Assembly (NCBI RefSeq): GCF_009914755.1
Contig: NC_060937.1
Reading direction: 5' to 3' (one strand)
Length of the DNA: 64,000 bases
Origin: the human T2T-CHM13v2.0 reference genome, Homo sapiens
Each line of letters begins with the position of its first letter. The stretch's first letter is position 1. The position numbers and the translations under genes were made by a program. The notes below the pieces were generated by a model. That model did not search any database. It worked only from the letters and a program-made list of their open reading frames with translations, and was not told the DNA's origin. Shown piece after piece: positions 60,966 through 64,000 of this stretch.

Positions 60966-62067
60966 AATCATGGATTAGGCAGTCACTGGGGACCCTGGTC
61001 AGGGTTCCAGCAGGAAACAGATGACAGCTCCAAAGAGAGTTGAATGAGGAAAATGTACGATGCTCTGAGCAGACTCAGGGGAAAGTGGCTGGGGTGAAGT
61101 GCCCTGGGGTGGAAACAGCAGGAATCCACCACAACCCCTAGCCAGAAGGAGTGAGTTGGGCAGGTTCTCCAAGCCCCAGTGAGACCTGCATCCACAGGTG
61201 GCCATCAGTGGAGCTGGGGGCTTCAGAAGAGGAGGCAGCCATTGCCAACCCTGCCCTTCAGGAAGGGGCAAGAAAGCAATACTGATGACTCTCTGCTCCC
61301 TGCCTCCCATCACCTCCCCCAACCCTGCCATCTTCCACTAGAAACCAGAAATCCAGGTAGCTGCTGTCTACAGAGGTTGGCCTCCTGGGGAACAGAGCAT
61401 GGGGAGAAGGGTGAAGGTCAGCATATCCAGCCCCCTGGGTGAGAGCAGACAGTTTGAGTAGCAGGGTGGTTGGGATGGGTCGGGAGAAGGGACAGCAGGC
61501 CCTCTACTCATAGTGACTCCATCAATAGCTTGAATCCTATATACACATCTGAAAAATAAAATACAACACAATGCCACTTCTTTTAAGATAGTCTACTATT
61601 CAGAATTCCCACAAAGTCTAACTGGCCTTCCCCCAACTGGTCCAAATTGAATTGTACTGCCTGCTGTCACATGGGGAGCTGCAAAGCCACACATTTCAAG
61701 ACTGTCTAAAAACACCTCCATGGCTCTATCAGATGGCAGCTAGCCACAGCACTACTTCTTTTAGAAACCACAATTCCCAAATCTGAAAACGATTTGAGAA
61801 AGTACTACAAAAATGGCTATGTCTGCTCTGCTTCTCTCTCTGCGTCATCCTTGTGCAGAGAAAAGAACAATTTCAGCTCCTTTTGGGGATACAGATGTGC
61901 CCTGACCTACCTTCCCTCCCTGACTGGCCTGAGCTATCTTTGAAATTGGGTCTGCACTGGGGCCGGCGTGTCCTCAAAAGTCTGAGCGATCTGACCATCC
62001 ATTAAGGACTGAGGTATTTGGCTTTTGCTTTTCCAGCCCCTCCCATCAGGCCTGTCCACCACCTCTG

Positions 62068-62180
62068 TCCACACCCCTCCGACCCACACACACCTGCACA
62101 CACACCCGACCCACACACACCTGCACACACACCTGCATGCACATCTGCACGCACACACACACACACACACACACACAGAC
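62068..62180. repeat. (CA)n-rich tract with short tandem units
   Basis: 'ccgacccacacacacctgcaca' twice, then (CA)n. Confidence 0.9.
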
Positions 62181-62570
62181 GCATTTCACAGCACAGTCTG
62201 CAGCCCTCTTCAATGTGGAAAGCTTGAGTGCATCACTCCACCTAGGGCAGGAGCCAAGCTTCCAGGTGAAACTGGAGCTGCAAATTCTTTCCCTTCTGGA
62301 TGCCACAGAGCAGAAAGCAGACTCTTGGAATCACAGATCCCAGTGCAGGAAGAGGACTTACACTGCCTGGGCACCCTGAACAGTGCATAAAACCTCCACA
62401 GCCACTGCCTGGCTCATGGCAGCAATTCTGACAACCTCTTGCTTGGTCCACTTTCCTCCAGAACTTGTGCTGTCTGAGACCTTCAGAATGTGAAGTGCAG
62501 TGGGGAAACTGGGAGGGAAGCAGGTTAAGACTCATCCTCCCTCTCTTTAGGAATTCTACCAGTTAGCATA

Positions 62571-62774
62571 TGGGTTGAGCCATATGGAAATGCTGTTATG
62601 CTTCAGTCAAAATGATGTTAAGATCCTCTTGTAGCTCCTAAGTGTGACGATTGGGTTTTCAGGCTCATATGTGAGATGTGCCTCCCTCAGATCTTGTTAC
62701 GATGTTGGCACATTACCCATCTGATGTGAAAAAGAAGTGATGTTGAATGTTGGCATTCATATAATTCAACCTAA
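62571..62774. mobile_element. MADE2 mariner MITE, split by U13 retrocopy
   Basis: TIRs 'ggttgagccatatggaaatgc' and 'gcattcatataattcaacctaa'. Confidence 0.7.
62623..62736 (+). pseudogene. U13 snoRNA (SNORD13) retropseudogene
   Basis: Collinear with remembered U13 (ATCCTTTTGTAGTTCATGAGCGTGATGATTGGG...GTGAGATGTGCC...CTTGTTACGA...GGCACATTACCCGTCTGA); short A-rich tail; diverged TSD aa(a/g)tgatgtt. Confidence 0.88.
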
Positions 62775-63143
62775 ACCATAGAGAACCAATAGTCAAAGTA
62801 CCACACTCATGAATGGGTTGGAAAATGCCCAACAATATCACTAAGACAAGGCTGTCTGTGTAAATTGGACTAGAAAAGGAGTATAATTGAGGCCTAAGTG
62901 GAGTTTCCAGTTGCCTTTCCCTAGAATGGATGATGACCATGGCTGCCAAGCAACTTTCTCTGAGGCAGAGGGGGAATGGTGGTCCTCCCCAGCCAAAGGA
63001 GGGCTCATCTAGGTGTACTGGTTGGGGACACCAAAAGAGATGCTGTGAGGCAGGGAGGGAGAAGGGTTGCCCCTTTTCCTCATTATGAATCCTAAAAAGT
63101 GGCCCCCCACATATTGTCCTGCATTAGCTTATGATGCAGACAT

Positions 63144-63461
63144 TGTCTTAGTCCATTTGTGCTGCTGTAACAAAATATCTGAGACTGGGTAATTTATAGA
63201 GAGCAAAAATGTATTTTCTTACAGTCCTAGAGGCTGAGAAGTCCAAGATCAAGGCACCAGCATTCACTGTCTGGTGAGGGTCATCTTACACATCAGAAGG
63301 TGGAAGAGCAAAAGGGATGATCTGTCTGTCTGGAGGCTCATTTATAAGGGCATTAATCCACCCCAAAAGATCCCACCTCTTTGCAATCTTTGCATCTCTA
63401 CAAAGTAGATTGTGTTTCAACATGAATTTTGGAGGGGACGTCAACATTTTAAACCATAGCA
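63144..63461 (-). mobile_element. MSTC/MSTD-like solo LTR
   Basis: 'tgtcttagtccattt...gaagtccaagatcaaggcaccagca...aaccatagca'. Confidence 0.8.
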
Positions 63462-63493
63462 CACATCAAAGTAAATCTGGAAGCACAACATGG

Positions 63494-63926
63494 TTGTGAT
63501 AGTGAATTTTATGTGTCAATGTGACTGGGCCACAGGGTGCCCAGGTGAAATATGATTTTTGGCTGTGTCTGGGAGGGTGTTTCTGGATGAGATTAGCATT
63601 TGAATAGGTGTACTCAGTAAAGTACATGGCGCTCCTTCATGTGAGTGAGCCTCATCCAATTCTTTGAAGACCTGAATAGAACAAATGTCAGAGAAAGGAA
63701 AAAACATTTGCTGCCCCCTTTTCTTGAGCTAGGACATCTCATCTCATGTTCTCCTGCCCTCAGGCTTGGATTTATACCATCAGCTTCCCTAGTTGTCAGG
63801 CCTTTGGACATCAGACTGAATTATACCATTGGCTTTCCCAGGTATCCAACTTGCAGACAGCAGATAATGGGACTTCTTAGCCTCCATAATCATGTGAGTC
63901 AGTTCCTCATAACAAATCTCCTTTTA
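63494..63926 (+). mobile_element. MLT2 (C/D-like) ERVL LTR
   Basis: 'tgtgatagtgaattttatgtgtcaa...tggatgagattagcatttgaat...cttagcctccataatcatgtgag'. Confidence 0.85.
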
Positions 63927-64000
63927 GATAGATAAATAGGTGATGGATGGATGGATGGATGGGTGAACGGATGAATAGATAGATAGATAGATAGATAGAT
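63927..64000. repeat. (GATA)n/(GGAT)n microsatellite running off the window end
   Basis: Seen directly. Confidence 0.9.

Overview
Primate (most likely human) non-coding genomic DNA, intergenic or deep intronic. I found no protein-coding gene, CpG island, tRNA or rRNA. The supplied ORFs are explained by Alu, L1 or LTR sequence, simple repeats or chance. By rough visual tally about 60% of the window is repeats: about 25 Alu-family SINEs, several nested L1s (one young L1PA2-type copy with a perfect 15-bp TSD), L2/MIR, many ERV1 and MaLR LTRs (MER41B, two LTR1, LTR8, LTR9, two MER4, MER61, MER57, MLT1/2, MST, a two-LTR THE1 element) and DNA MITEs (MER33, MER5A, MADE1, MADE2). The only RNA-gene-derived sequence is a U13 (SNORD13) retrocopy sitting inside a MADE2 hairpin. 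I see no convincing new biological system. The best observations are mutational and retrotransposition scars (a 5'-inverted Alu, a fold-back templated duplication, Alu-Alu chimeras, a 369-bp higher-order duplication in a GGAT tract) and TE-borne TF motifs (GAS, DUX4, octamer). Repeat subfamily names come from remembered consensus sequences, and boundaries are approximate unless a TSD is given; confirm with RepeatMasker/Dfam.
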